19,189 nucleotides of DNA from Gemmatimonadota bacterium (GTDB lineage Bacteria > Gemmatimonadota > Gemmatimonadetes > Gemmatimonadales > GWC2-71-9): the NCBI GenBank assembly GCA_039586365.1, contig JBDHKN010000097.1:1-19189 (forward strand). The letters are read 5' to 3'. Below are positions 1 to 9,449 of the stretch, piece by piece. The stretch's first letter is position 1. Every line of letters begins with the position of its first letter. A model generated the notes under the pieces. The model did no database searches and was not told where the DNA came from. It was given only the letters and a program-made list of their open reading frames with translations. A program made the position numbers and the translations under genes.

Positions 1-1464
1 GATTACGTCGGGAACCTGAATTACGGCCTGCTGCCCACTGTCAAGGGAACGTTCTCGTTCGGCGGCCAGAGTATTCTGACTCGGACAGTCCGAACCTCCG
101 TGTTCGGGCGGTTTTTTGCCGGTCCCGGCGAACCTGAGATCAGCGATGCTTCGCAGTACTACGCAGCTGAAGATCGGCTGCGTACTGTGAATGCTGGCTT
201 CTTCTTCCAAAACGTGTTCGACGTTGCCAACAGACTCTTCATTACGACCGGTCTCCGCGTGGACGGGAACAGCGCGTTCGGGAAGAACCTCGGGTTGCAG
301 GCCTATCCTAAGGCGAGCCTTTCCTACGTGATCTCGGATGAGTCCTTCTGGCCTGCGGCGTTGGGTGAGGTGAAGCTCCGTGCCGCTGCCGGGTACTCCG
401 GGCGGGCGCCGGACGAATTTGACGCGATCCGGACTTGGAATTCTGAGCCTTCCGGCGGCTTGCCAGGATTCGAGCCGGACAACGTTGGCAACCCGGACGT
501 CGGTCCAGAGAGAACTCGGGAAATCGAGCTGGGGTTGGATGGTGGGTTCTTTGATCAGAGGCTGTCGGCAGAATTCACCTGGTACGAACAGAAGACCACC
601 GACGCACTGTTCGACGTGCGGCAGATACCGTCGCTTGGGGCCTGGAGCAACCAGGCCGCCAACGTCGGCGTGATTCGGAACCGCGGCATTGAACTCAACG
701 TCCTAGCTACCGCGGTGGACGCCCTGGACTGGGGAATCGAGTTCGGCGGCAACATCTACACCAATCGCTCAATAGTGCTCGACTTGGGCGACGCCGTGCC
801 GTTCGGGACCGGAGGCGAGCAACCCGGTTGGGTTGAAGTGGGCTACCCGGTCATCGCGGCCAGGGGCGACATGCTGATGAACCCCGATGAAATTGCGGCT
901 CCGGTCCTCGTGAGAGACACAGTGTTCGGGCCCTCGCAGCCCACCTTTGTGTTCAATCCGTTGGTGACTTTCCGGTTCCCCTACGGGATTCAGCTCTCGG
1001 CTCGGGGCGAGTACCAGCGCGGCGCATACTTCCACGATAGCGCGTCCTTCAACGCCCTCAGCCGCTCGGTCTTGTGGCCGACCTGTACTGAGAGCGGGGC
1101 CTACGATATTATCGACGCCAACGATGAGGCGGGCCGCCCGCTGGAAGAGGGGCTTACGGCCCTGCAGCGGATGGAGTGCATTCCCGACAACACGATCAGC
1201 GAGTACTTCTACTTCAAGCAGGACTTCTTCAAGGTCCGGGACGTGACCCTGCGGCTCCCGATGGGTTGGGCGCTGCCACAGGCGAACAGCGCCACCCTGA
1301 CATTGACGGCGCAGAACTGGATCCGCTGGTTCAACGACGACCTGCGGGTTTGGGATCCCGAAATGGGCGCGCGCGATACGATCACAGATCCCGGAGTGCG
1401 AGAGATCCAGGAGGCCATTGCGCCCCCGGCGATCTTGACCGCCTCCCTCCGGATTACCTTCTGA
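1..1464 (+). CDS. SusC/RagA-family TonB-dependent outer membrane receptor, C-terminal part (5'-truncated by window)
   Basis: Frame is open from base 1. Motifs typical of SusC barrels (GLRVDGNSAFG, YPKASLSYVISDE, GNPDVGPERTREIELG, NVGVIRNRGIEL, FFKVRDVTL), terminal Phe (LRITF), and a SusD-like gene follows. Confidence 0.93.
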   Translation, partial: DYVGNLNYGLLPTVKGTFSFGGQSILTRTVRTSVFGRFFAGPGEPEISDASQYYAAEDRLRTVNAGFFFQNVFDVANRLFITTGLRVDGNSAFGKNLGLQAYPKASLSYVISDESFWPAALGEVKLRAAAGYSGRAPDEFDAIRTWNSEPSGGLPGFEPDNVGNPDVGPERTREIELGLDGGFFDQRLSAEFTWYEQKTTDALFDVRQIPSLGAWSNQAANVGVIRNRGIELNVLATAVDALDWGIEFGGNIYTNRSIVLDLGDAVPFGTGGEQPGWVEVGYPVIAARGDMLMNPDEIAAPVLVRDTVFGPSQPTFVFNPLVTFRFPYGIQLSARGEYQRGAYFHDSASFNALSRSVLWPTCTESGAYDIIDANDEAGRPLEEGLTALQRMECIPDNTISEYFYFKQDFFKVRDVTLRLPMGWALPQANSATLTLTAQNWIRWFNDDLRVWDPEMGARDTITDPGVREIQEAIAPPAILTASLRITF

Positions 1465-1525
1465 GACGGTGAGGGAACCAATGCACTCTCATCAATATCC
1501 GGAAAGGACAGGGAGAAACGACATC

Positions 1526-2819
1526 ATGAAAGCGACGCATAGCAAGAATAGACTGACGGTCTGTCGCCGCCTGGGAGGGCTGCTGCTGTCCTTTTCCGCC
1601 CTGGGTTTGGCCGCGGCGTGCGACACGAGCATCACCAATCCCGGCGGAGCGCAGGACGAGTTCCTGGATAGCCTGTCAGCTCACGAAGCCCTAGTAACTG
1701 GTACACAGCGCAGCTTCGGGGAGGCGATGGAGAACATCGGATACTGGGGCGCCGCCATGGCGTTCGAAATCAATCCGGCGGGCTCCACCGGCAGCTACGG
1801 CATCGAATCCTACATCCAGGCCGGCCGAGGCCCAGGAAGCCCGTTGGACCGCGGAAGACGCCGTCGATCGGTTCAGGAGAGTGTTGCCCGAGATCCCGGG
1901 CGCCCCTGCCTTCAACAGTTACGCCCCCGCGGCGCAGGCCCTGGTGTGGGCTGGATTCGCCAACCGGCTCCTGGGAGAGAATTTCTGCCAGGTGACTTTC
2001 AATGGCAGCGGGCTGCTGCCGCACACCGATGCCTTCGCACGGGCGGATTCCCTGTTCCAGGACGCACTGCCCATTGCGCAGGCGGCCGGGGAAACTGAAT
2101 TCGTCACCGCTGCCCACGCGGGGCGCGCGTCGGTGCTGGCCAATCTCGCGACCTATGGCCTCGCGAGCTGGTCCGACGCCGCCTCAGAAGCGGCACTGGT
2201 TCCGGACGACTTCGTCTTCGGGGTGAGCTACTCGGATCAGGAGCTGGACCAGTACAACTGGTTCTACTGGGCGAATGCCAACTCCCCCTACCGGGCCCAC
2301 ACGGTGTGGGGCACCTACTGGGAAAACGCGCCCGACCCGCGAACGCCGTTTGACCCTAATACCGGACTGACCGGGGATGCGGCCGTCCAAAAATTTGGTG
2401 GCAACGTGCCGTGGTATCCCCAGACCAAGTTCGATGCCACGGACGACCCCATCAATGTGGCTTCGGGTTGGGAAATGCGCCTGATCCGGGCCGAGGCAGC
2501 CCTGGCGGCAAACGACCTCACCGGGGCGGCCAACTTCCCCGTGCCGTTTGCCAGTCTGGCTGACGGTTACACCGCCCTCAAGACCGAACGGGCGGCGGAG
2601 CTGTGGCTCGAGGCACGGCGGATGCACGACGTCCGGCGCTGGATGGAGAACAGCATTCCGGGCAGTTATGTGGACGGCAACTACCGGGATATCAACCAGG
2701 CCAATCAGTTCCCCACCAAGGTGGAAGACCTGACCAGTCGCGCTCGCGCCTACTTCGTAGGTCTGAGCGAGGTGGAGACCAACCCCAACGTGAACGACGC
2801 TCCCGGGTGCAGCGGTTGA
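1526..2819 (+). pseudogene. SusD/RagB-family nutrient-binding outer membrane lipoprotein, frameshifted at ~1826-1830 (pseudogene or assembly error)
   Basis: RBS GGGAGA 1511-1516, ATG 1526 and lipobox LAAAC. SusD-like sequence continues in another frame from ~1830 (AQEARWTAEDAVDRF...ANRLLGENFC...EMRLIRAEA...ERAAELWLEARRMHDVRR...ETNPN) to TGA 2819. Confidence 0.85.
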
Positions 2820-2863
2820 GCTCACGGGTGACGGGGTGCTGCTGACGCAGCTCTCCCGGTAAC

Positions 2864-2904
2864 AACGCGTGGCCCGCCGGCAACCTGGCGGGCCACGTCG
2901 TTTT
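2864..2904 (+). terminator. Rho-independent terminator of the susCD pair
   Basis: CGTGGCCCGCC (2868-2878) pairs with GGCGGGCCACG (2887-2897), followed by TCGTTTT. Confidence 0.8.
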
Positions 2905-3073
2905 GACGCTGAGGCAGTGCGGCGACATCAGTAAGCTATGCGCCGCAAACCAGCTCTCCGACAAACAGCCAGCCCGGTGAACCTCTTCCGTTCACGGGCA
3001 CGGTATGCTTATTCTACAGCAAGCTGTTAGCAGGGTGACCGGACTTGCGGCGTTCCCGTGTGTGGAGGGAATA

Positions 3074-3586
3074 ATGTTGTCACCAGCTGGTCGATGGAAC
3101 AGCAGTACACTCCGGGGGCTGGCGCTGTGCTCGGCCGCGAGCCTGTTGCTGGGCTGCTATAAGTACGTTCCTACTACACTTGGGGCAGTACCGACCGGCG
3201 CTGATATCCGTGCGGTGCTCTCGGCCGAGGCGCAAGCAGACCTGCGCAGTCGCGTCGGTCTGGATGTCGAGGTGCTCCAAGGGAAACTGCTCGAGAGCAA
3301 TGGCGAGCAGGTGCTGCTGTCGGTGCGCTCGGTTGCGGCCTTCAGCACGTTGGGCAGTACTCAGCCACTGTATCAGCGGGTAGATGTGTCACGCCAGGGG
3401 GTTGTGCGCGTCGACGTGAGACAACTGGACCAATTCCGGACCTACGGACTCATTGGCGTGGCCGCTGGGGCAGCGGTGCTCATTGCGGCTCAGGCGTTTG
3501 GCGAAGGAGAACCCGGTAGCTCCCCACCGCCGAACGGCGATCCCCCGGAACGGATACAAGGCGTGCTGTTGCGGCTGTGGTGGTAA
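3074..3586 (+). CDS. Hypothetical lipoprotein with a C-terminal hydrophobic segment
   Basis: RBS GGAGGGA 3064-3070 before ATG 3074, lipobox LLLGC-YKYVP, and hydrophobic stretch YGLIGVAAGAAVLIAAQA. The stop TAA is the first unit of the downstream repeat array. Confidence 0.75.
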   Translation: MLSPAGRWNSSTLRGLALCSAASLLLGCYKYVPTTLGAVPTGADIRAVLSAEAQADLRSRVGLDVEVLQGKLLESNGEQVLLSVRSVAAFSTLGSTQPLYQRVDVSRQGVVRVDVRQLDQFRTYGLIGVAAGAAVLIAAQAFGEGEPGSSPPPNGDPPERIQGVLLRLWW

Positions 3587-4185
3587 CACCACCCCACAAC
3601 CCATCCCTGCCGGGCGGTAAATGGCGGTAGCCTCACCCTGCCACCCAGCCCTACCAGGCGGTAACCTCACCCCGCAACCCGTCCCTACCAGGCGGTAAAG
3701 GGCGGTAACACCACCCCGCAACCAGTCCCTTCCAGGCGGTAAAGGGCGGTAACGCCACCCCACAACCCATCCCTGCCGGGCGGTAAATGGCGGTAGCCAC
3801 ACCCTGCCACTCAGCACTTCCAGGCGGTAACCTCACCCCGCAACCCGTCCCTTCCAGGCGGTGAAGGGCGGTAACACCACCCCACAACCCATCCCTGCCG
3901 GGCGGGAAATGGCGGTAGAACCACCAGCCACCCAGCCCTTCCAGGCGGTCAAAGGCTGTAGCCACACCCTACCGCCGTTTGCCGTCTGTGGGGTGGCTTG
4001 GTGGAGCAGGGTACCGCCGGGTTGGGAGTGGTGTGGTGCGGTACCGCCCAGTGGGAAAGGTGGCGTGGGCGGTTGGCAGGGCGGTGCGGCGGGCTACCGC
4101 CGTTTACCGTCGGCGGGGTGACCCGGCGGGGTGGGGTACCGCCCCTTACCGTCCGTGTGGTGATGTGATAGTGTGGAGTACCGCC
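3579..4185. repeat. Inverted array of GGCGGTA(A/G) / TACCGCC motifs with C-rich (left) and G-rich (right) spacers
   Basis: The left arm has 9 related spacers (eight of 26 nt, one of 25 nt) separated by single (8 nt) or double (18 nt) GGCGGTA motifs. The symmetry centre is at ~3965. The right arm has TACCGCC at 3970, 4012, 4042, 4095, 4137 and 4179. Confidence 0.92.
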
Positions 4186-4225
4186 AAGATGCACTCTCAT
4201 AGCTACGAACTCCAAGGGAGCACCA

Positions 4226-6868
4226 ATGCTGCGACTTGCCACCAGGATTAGCCTGGCGCTGACCTGTTCGGTCACGCTACTCGCCGCATCTCTCATCAGC
4301 CAGGTGCCGACACCGGAATCAGTCATCGGCTGGAAACCGGGCGCCGACTACAAGCTGGCTGATTATGACCAGATTTCGGGATACTTCCGCCAGTTGGATG
4401 CTGCTACCGATCGCATGCAACTGTTCGAGATCGGGACCACTGCGGAAGGCAGAACAATGCTGTTGGCTGCGATTTCGAGCGCACAGAACCTCACGCAGCT
4501 CGATCGTTGGAAGGATATCTCGCGCCGGATGGCGCAGGCGGAGGGTCTCAGCGAGACAGAGGCCAGGGCCCTCGCCAAGGAAGGCAAGGCTATCGTGTGG
4601 ATCGATGGTGGGCTGCACGGTACGGAGGTAGCCGGCGCGCAACACACGCCGCTCCTGGCCCACCACCTCGTTACCAGCGAGGATGATGAAGTTCGTCAGA
4701 TCCGTGACAACACGGTCGTGCTGCTGATGCCGGTCATGAACCCGGATGGACTCGACATTGTAGCCAACTGGTATCGCAGCAATGTGGGTTCTGAGTTCGA
4801 GACGGCACCGTTGCCCGTACTGTACAACAAGTACGTGGGACACGACAACAACCGCGATTGGTTCATGATCCAGCAGCCGGAAACCAGGGCCATCGCCTAC
4901 CAGCTCTGGTTCGAGTGGTTTCCGCAGATCGTCTACAACCACCACCAGACCGGTCCATTCCCCGGCCGGATCTTCGTGCCGCCCTTTTCCGATCCGGTGA
5001 ATCCGAACATCCCCCCGCTGGTTGTGCGCGGAATCAACCTGGTGGGTGCAGCCATGGCCAAGCGGTTTGATGAAGAGGGCAAGCCCGGGGTCAGCTCGTA
5101 TGTGCAATACAGCATGTGGTGGAACGGAGGTATGCGTACCGCGCCGTACTTCCACAACCAAATCGGCATTTTGACCGAGACCCACCTCTACAGTCTGGCC
5201 ACGCCACACTACTACGAACCGGACTCGCTGCCTCAGAACCTCGGTCCACGGCGCGGCGCTACAGTATCCGCCAAGCAGCCGAGCATCTTCTATCCCAATC
5301 CGTGGCAGGGTGGTTGGTGGCGTCTGGGCGACGCGGTGGACTACATGTTCACGGGTTCGATGGCTGTGGCGGACATCGGGGCAGAATTGAAGGAAGACTG
5401 GCTGTTCAACATGTACCGCATGGCTAGCCAAGCTAGAACACGGGGGACCGAGGAGAAGCCCTTCGCGTACGTGATTCCCTACGATCAATGGGATGCTACT
5501 GCGGCTGCGGAACTGGTGGGGGTGTTACGCCGCGGGGGTGTGGAGCTACACCGGTCGACCGCATCGTTCACTGCGGGTGGCAGCAGCTACGCCCCCGGAA
5601 GCTACATCGCGTTCACCGCGCAACCTTTCCGCGCGCACCTCGTAGACCTGATGGAACCGCAGAACTATCCCGACCGGCGCGTTTACCCGGGCGGTCCACC
5701 TGACCGTCCCTACGACCTGGCGGGATGGACATTGCCGCTGCAGATGGGGGTCAGGGTCGATCGAGTAGACGAGCCATTCGAGGCTGCCGCGGCCAGGGTG
5801 GAAGAGCTGACGGTCGCAGCCGGAGCAGGGGAGGTGAGCGGTGACGGACCGGTCTATCTGCTGAGTCCCAACCACAACGCCAGTGCACGCGCCGTACTAC
5901 GGCTACTCGCACGCGGTACTCGAGTGTCGCAGGCAACCGAGGGGTTCACCGCGGCCGGGACAGCATGGCCCGCTGGGACATTCTTGGCTCGCGCCAGTGC
6001 CGGCCGGTTGCGGGAGCTTGCTACTGAATTCGGTTTGCAGTTCGTGGGAGCCGATAATCCTAGCGTGACAGCGTTTGAGCTGGAGAGCCCGCGGGTGGGT
6101 CTCTACAAGTCGTGGGTCGCCAACATGGATGAGGGTTGGACGCGGTGGATACTGGAGGATTACGGCGTCGAGTTTGAGACCCTGGCCGATGCCGACATCC
6201 GGACCGGCCAGTTGGATCGCTTCGATGCCATTGTGTTGCCGGACCAAGAGGCCGAGGAAATCCTGGGCGGGCATGTCGTGGGTACGATGCCACCTGAGTA
6301 CACCGGTGGTGTGGGCGCTGAAGGAACGGCTAATCTCAAACGCTTTGTAGAGCAGGGTGGAACCCTGATCACGTTCGACCATGCCAGCGATTTCGCGATC
6401 GATCAGTTCGGACTGCCGGTACGCAATGCCGTCCGCGGCGTCCCGGAGCAGGAGTTCTTCGTACCGGGGAGCTTGATCCGGATCGAGGTGGATGCTGAGG
6501 ATCCGATCGCCTATGGAATGCAGCCAGAGGCCGCCGCCTCGTTCCAGAACAGCCAGGCATTCAGTGTCATTGCACCAGCCGCCGCGGGTGACAGGAGCGC
6601 GCCACGCGAAGTCGATGTGGTGGTTCGTTACGCGGAGCACGATCTCCTGATGAGCGGTTGGGAGCTTGGTGCGGAGCGCCACATCGGCGGTAGGCCCGCG
6701 GTGGTTCGGGTACCGCTGGGTCAGGGGAGCGTCGTGCTGATCGGGTTTCGACCGCAGTTCCGCGGCCAGCCGCGCGGCACGTTTAAGCTGATCTTCAATG
6801 CGATACTCTCGGCCGCTGCTCAGCAGCAACTCCCAACCACCGAAGAAGAAGAGGGTGAGGGACGGTGA
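4226..6868 (+). CDS. Secreted M14-family zinc carboxypeptidase with C-terminal class I glutamine-amidotransferase-like domain
   Basis: RBS AAGGGAG and signal peptide. M14 motifs: Zn-binding GLHGTE (HxxE), NPDG, DNNRDW and YNHHQ. The C-terminal region has a GATase-like pattern (FDAIVLPD, FVEQGGTLI, LGQGSVVLIGFRPQFRG). Confidence 0.9.
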   Translation: MLRLATRISLALTCSVTLLAASLISQVPTPESVIGWKPGADYKLADYDQISGYFRQLDAATDRMQLFEIGTTAEGRTMLLAAISSAQNLTQLDRWKDISRRMAQAEGLSETEARALAKEGKAIVWIDGGLHGTEVAGAQHTPLLAHHLVTSEDDEVRQIRDNTVVLLMPVMNPDGLDIVANWYRSNVGSEFETAPLPVLYNKYVGHDNNRDWFMIQQPETRAIAYQLWFEWFPQIVYNHHQTGPFPGRIFVPPFSDPVNPNIPPLVVRGINLVGAAMAKRFDEEGKPGVSSYVQYSMWWNGGMRTAPYFHNQIGILTETHLYSLATPHYYEPDSLPQNLGPRRGATVSAKQPSIFYPNPWQGGWWRLGDAVDYMFTGSMAVADIGAELKEDWLFNMYRMASQARTRGTEEKPFAYVIPYDQWDATAAAELVGVLRRGGVELHRSTASFTAGGSSYAPGSYIAFTAQPFRAHLVDLMEPQNYPDRRVYPGGPPDRPYDLAGWTLPLQMGVRVDRVDEPFEAAAARVEELTVAAGAGEVSGDGPVYLLSPNHNASARAVLRLLARGTRVSQATEGFTAAGTAWPAGTFLARASAGRLRELATEFGLQFVGADNPSVTAFELESPRVGLYKSWVANMDEGWTRWILEDYGVEFETLADADIRTGQLDRFDAIVLPDQEAEEILGGHVVGTMPPEYTGGVGAEGTANLKRFVEQGGTLITFDHASDFAIDQFGLPVRNAVRGVPEQEFFVPGSLIRIEVDAEDPIAYGMQPEAAASFQNSQAFSVIAPAAAGDRSAPREVDVVVRYAEHDLLMSGWELGAERHIGGRPAVVRVPLGQGSVVLIGFRPQFRGQPRGTFKLIFNAILSAAAQQQLPTTEEEEGEGR

Positions 6869-6957
6869 AAGGCGGTGAGGCCGACCTAGCACCTATCCCT
6901 CACCGTCGTTGGGATGGGAGGAGTCGTGGGCCACCGTCATTCACCGTCGGCGGGGTG
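6861..6957. repeat. Miniature copy of the inverted GGCGGT/ACCGCC-type repeat family (GACGGTGA variant)
   Basis: GACGGTGAAAGGCGGTGA at 6861-6878, a C-rich spacer, TCACCGTC at 6900, a G-rich spacer, then CCACCGTCATTCACCGTC at 6931-6948. It shares ACCGTCGGCGGGGTG with 4106-4120. Confidence 0.75.
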
Positions 6958-6975
6958 GAGGGAAGGTGGGCTTCA

Positions 6976-9237
6976 TTGCGCACGGTTTGGATCGCGGTCG
7001 GATTGGGGGTGGGCTCAGGTACCGCCTGGGCCCAGCAGAATAGTGACGTGGTTGCCAATCGTGAGTATCCCATAGCGGTCGAAACGGCACCGCGCCCGGT
7101 GACCGAGGCCGTGCGCACGACGGGGGAGATAAGAGTCGACGGCAAGCTGGACGATTCGGCCTGGCAGGACGCCCTTCCAATCGCGGGGTTCATCCAGTCC
7201 ATACCCAACGAGGGATATCCAGCCACCGAGCCGACGGTGGTGCGGATTCTCTACGATGACCGCAAGCTCTACGTCGCTGCCGTGTGCTACGACTCGGAGC
7301 CGGACAAGTTGGTGATCACGACGCTGGAGTATGGCCTCAAGCCCAGTACGCACGACATGGACGTCTTCGCGATCACGCTCGACACATTCCTCGACAGGCA
7401 AAACGCGTTCATCTGGCTGGTGAACCCACGCGGTGCCTACCGGGAGGGACAGGTTTTCAACGACAGCCGAAGTGCCGACTATGCCTGGCGCGGTGTCGTG
7501 GAAATCAAGACCGAAGTCCACGACTCAGGCTGGAGCGTCGAGATGGGCATACCCTGGACCACCTTGCGATTCGATCCGACTCGCGAGGAGCAGCAATGGG
7601 GTATGCAGCTGATGCGGCGCGTGCGGCGCAAGAGCGAAGACTCCTACTGGGCCCCGGTCGACAGGCGGGACTTGGTGCACCGCATGTCCAGAGCAGGTAC
7701 GCTGACGAGGTTGCAGGACATCAGCCCCGGCCGGAACCTCAAGGTGAAGCCGTTCGTGTTCGGCACTGGGCTGTCGGGCACGTTGCATCCCGCTGATGCA
7801 AGTGACGACGAAGGCTTCGATGCGGGATTGGACGTCAAGTACGGTCTCACGTCGGGGCTCACCCTAGATCTCACGTATAACACCGATTTCTCCCAGGCCG
7901 AGGTCGATCAGCAGCGGGTGAACCTGACGCGCTTCCCGCTGTTCTTTCCCGAGCAGCGCGAGTTCTTCGTCGAGAACTCTGGTTCCTTCGTGTTGGGGGA
8001 CGTGTCGGAGCGGAACTATCGCATGGGGTCGTCGCTCAGGGACTTCACGCTGTTTCACTCACGGCGCATCGGGCTTTCCGGTGGTTTGCCGATTCCGGTG
8101 CTGGGTGGAGGCCGTCTCACGGGTCGAGCGGGTGACTTCGAGCTGGGTGTGCTGAACATCCAAACGGAGTCGGTGCAGCCGGCGTCCCCGACGGACCCCC
8201 GGTCGCCGGGACCTGCGGAGAATTTCAGCGTAGTGAGAGTGCGGCGCAGTCTCGGTGGTTCGGACGTTGGAGCCATGTTTCTCAATCGGCAGGCGACAGG
8301 CTCACTGGCGGACGGTGAGTTCAACCGCAGCTACGGCTTCGACGCCAATCTCCATCTGCTGGGCCACATGATCGTCAACTCCTATCTAGTGGGTTCTGAC
8401 GAGCCCGATTCCGCCGCTGGCAGTCAGCTCGCCGGCCGGCTATCTGTGGCGTGGCGCGATTGGTTGTGGGACGTCTCGGGGTCCTTCAAACAGGTAGGGG
8501 ACGTATTCAATCCCGGCCTGGGATTTGTGCGGCGCAGCGGCATCCGTCACGGCTACGCAACCTTCGGAGCACATCCCCGGCCGCGTATTCCACTGGTGCA
8601 AGAGATCAATCCCTACGGTGAAATCAACTACATCACCGACCTGGACTCCGAACTGCAGACACGGGAGGCAACCCTCGGATTAGGTGTGCAGTTTCTTGCT
8701 GGCAGCAGCATCAACCTGCGGTACAACAATCTCTTCGAGCGGCTGGACAGTCGATTCATCGTGGATCGGGACAGCTCGGTAGTGTTTCCTGCAGGCAACT
8801 ACAGTTTCCAGGAAGCCAGCTTGTCATTTAGCTCCAGCGCCGCAAAGCCGTTCAACTTCTCCGCTGACGTGACCGGGGGTGGCTTCTACAGCGGTTCCCG
8901 CATCTCACTCGGTACCGCAGCCCAATGGCGTCCCAGCTACCGTCTCGCTTTCAATGTTTCGGCGAGCCACGACGACGTATCGGGCGAGGGCGGGTCTTTC
9001 ACGGCGTACGTGTTGCGGAGTCGGATCCAGTTCGCCGCCTCGACGACGTTGTTTGGCAGCGCCAATGTCCAATACAACAACCAGACCGATGAGCTAGTCA
9101 CCAACCTGCGGGTCAATCTCATCTATGCGCCGCTCAGCGATGTGTTTCTGGTCTTCACGGAGCGGCGCAACCTGGATCTCGACGCGGTCATCGAACGGCA
9201 GGTGACGATCAAGATCACCAAGATGTTCGCGTTCTGA
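6976..9237 (+). CDS. Carbohydrate-binding family 9-like domain plus DUF5916-type outer membrane beta-barrel protein
   Basis: Signal peptide ending AWA-QQ and CBM9-like N-terminus (VDGKLDDSAW, TVVRILYDD, GWSVEMGIPWTTLRF). Conserved LDLTYNTDFSQAEVD...NLTRFPLFFPEQREFF and terminal Phe. The start is uncertain (TTG 6976 or GTG 6955), and the ORF-track extension from 6865 is repeat-derived. Confidence 0.82.
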   Translation: MRTVWIAVGLGVGSGTAWAQQNSDVVANREYPIAVETAPRPVTEAVRTTGEIRVDGKLDDSAWQDALPIAGFIQSIPNEGYPATEPTVVRILYDDRKLYVAAVCYDSEPDKLVITTLEYGLKPSTHDMDVFAITLDTFLDRQNAFIWLVNPRGAYREGQVFNDSRSADYAWRGVVEIKTEVHDSGWSVEMGIPWTTLRFDPTREEQQWGMQLMRRVRRKSEDSYWAPVDRRDLVHRMSRAGTLTRLQDISPGRNLKVKPFVFGTGLSGTLHPADASDDEGFDAGLDVKYGLTSGLTLDLTYNTDFSQAEVDQQRVNLTRFPLFFPEQREFFVENSGSFVLGDVSERNYRMGSSLRDFTLFHSRRIGLSGGLPIPVLGGGRLTGRAGDFELGVLNIQTESVQPASPTDPRSPGPAENFSVVRVRRSLGGSDVGAMFLNRQATGSLADGEFNRSYGFDANLHLLGHMIVNSYLVGSDEPDSAAGSQLAGRLSVAWRDWLWDVSGSFKQVGDVFNPGLGFVRRSGIRHGYATFGAHPRPRIPLVQEINPYGEINYITDLDSELQTREATLGLGVQFLAGSSINLRYNNLFERLDSRFIVDRDSSVVFPAGNYSFQEASLSFSSSAAKPFNFSADVTGGGFYSGSRISLGTAAQWRPSYRLAFNVSASHDDVSGEGGSFTAYVLRSRIQFAASTTLFGSANVQYNNQTDELVTNLRVNLIYAPLSDVFLVFTERRNLDLDAVIERQVTIKITKMFAF

Positions 9238-9257
9238 CGCGGCGTGCCATAGGCAGC

Positions 9258-9287
9258 TTGACAACGTTTGACCCAATGCCGTATGGT
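9258..9287 (+). promoter_or_regulatory. Possible sigma70 promoter
   Basis: Perfect TTGACA at 9258-9263, 18-nt spacer, TATGGT at 9282-9287, in the intergenic region upstream of 9450. Confidence 0.4.
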
Positions 9288-9449
9288 GGGGAGTAACACG
9301 GGGGAGTGTGATCATTCCTCTCGAGTGAGACCGGAGTACTGAGGCCACTTTGCTGGGACCGGCCGAGAGATGTGAGTGCCAGTCGTGTTGTCGCGATTTC
9401 TTTACAGTAGATATAGACGACCAGCCTACCCGCCCTCACTGGAGGAAGA

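Noticed and set aside
1815..1840. Programmed ribosomal frameshift or phase variation in susD
   Set aside because: There is no slippery heptamer or simple-sequence tract at the junction, and a deletion explains it better.
2805..2860. Selenocysteine readthrough at ..GCSG-TGA
   Set aside because: The SusD-like sequence is complete at NPN, another in-frame TGA follows within four codons, and the downstream hairpin looks like a terminator rather than a SECIS.
3579..3961. CRISPR array interpretation of the repeat/26-nt spacer pattern
   Set aside because: The repeats are only 8-18 nt, the spacers are homologous to each other, the orientation inverts mid-array, and there are no cas genes in the window.
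1481..4200. Exact 12-mer ATGCACTCTCAT at 1481 and 4189, upstream of susD and the M14 gene
   Set aside because: Chance 12-mer matches are expected in a 19-kb window. It is not palindromic and has only two copies, so it is too weak to call an operator.
3389..4326. ORFs 3389-3817, 3651-3965, 3861-4121, 3949-4326 and 3979-4251
   Set aside because: They are low-complexity translations of the repeat array with no credible RBS or domain.
4319..6892. Long antisense ORFs 4319-5488 and 5903-6892
   Set aside because: They are shadow frames of the GC-rich M14 gene with no recognisable motifs.
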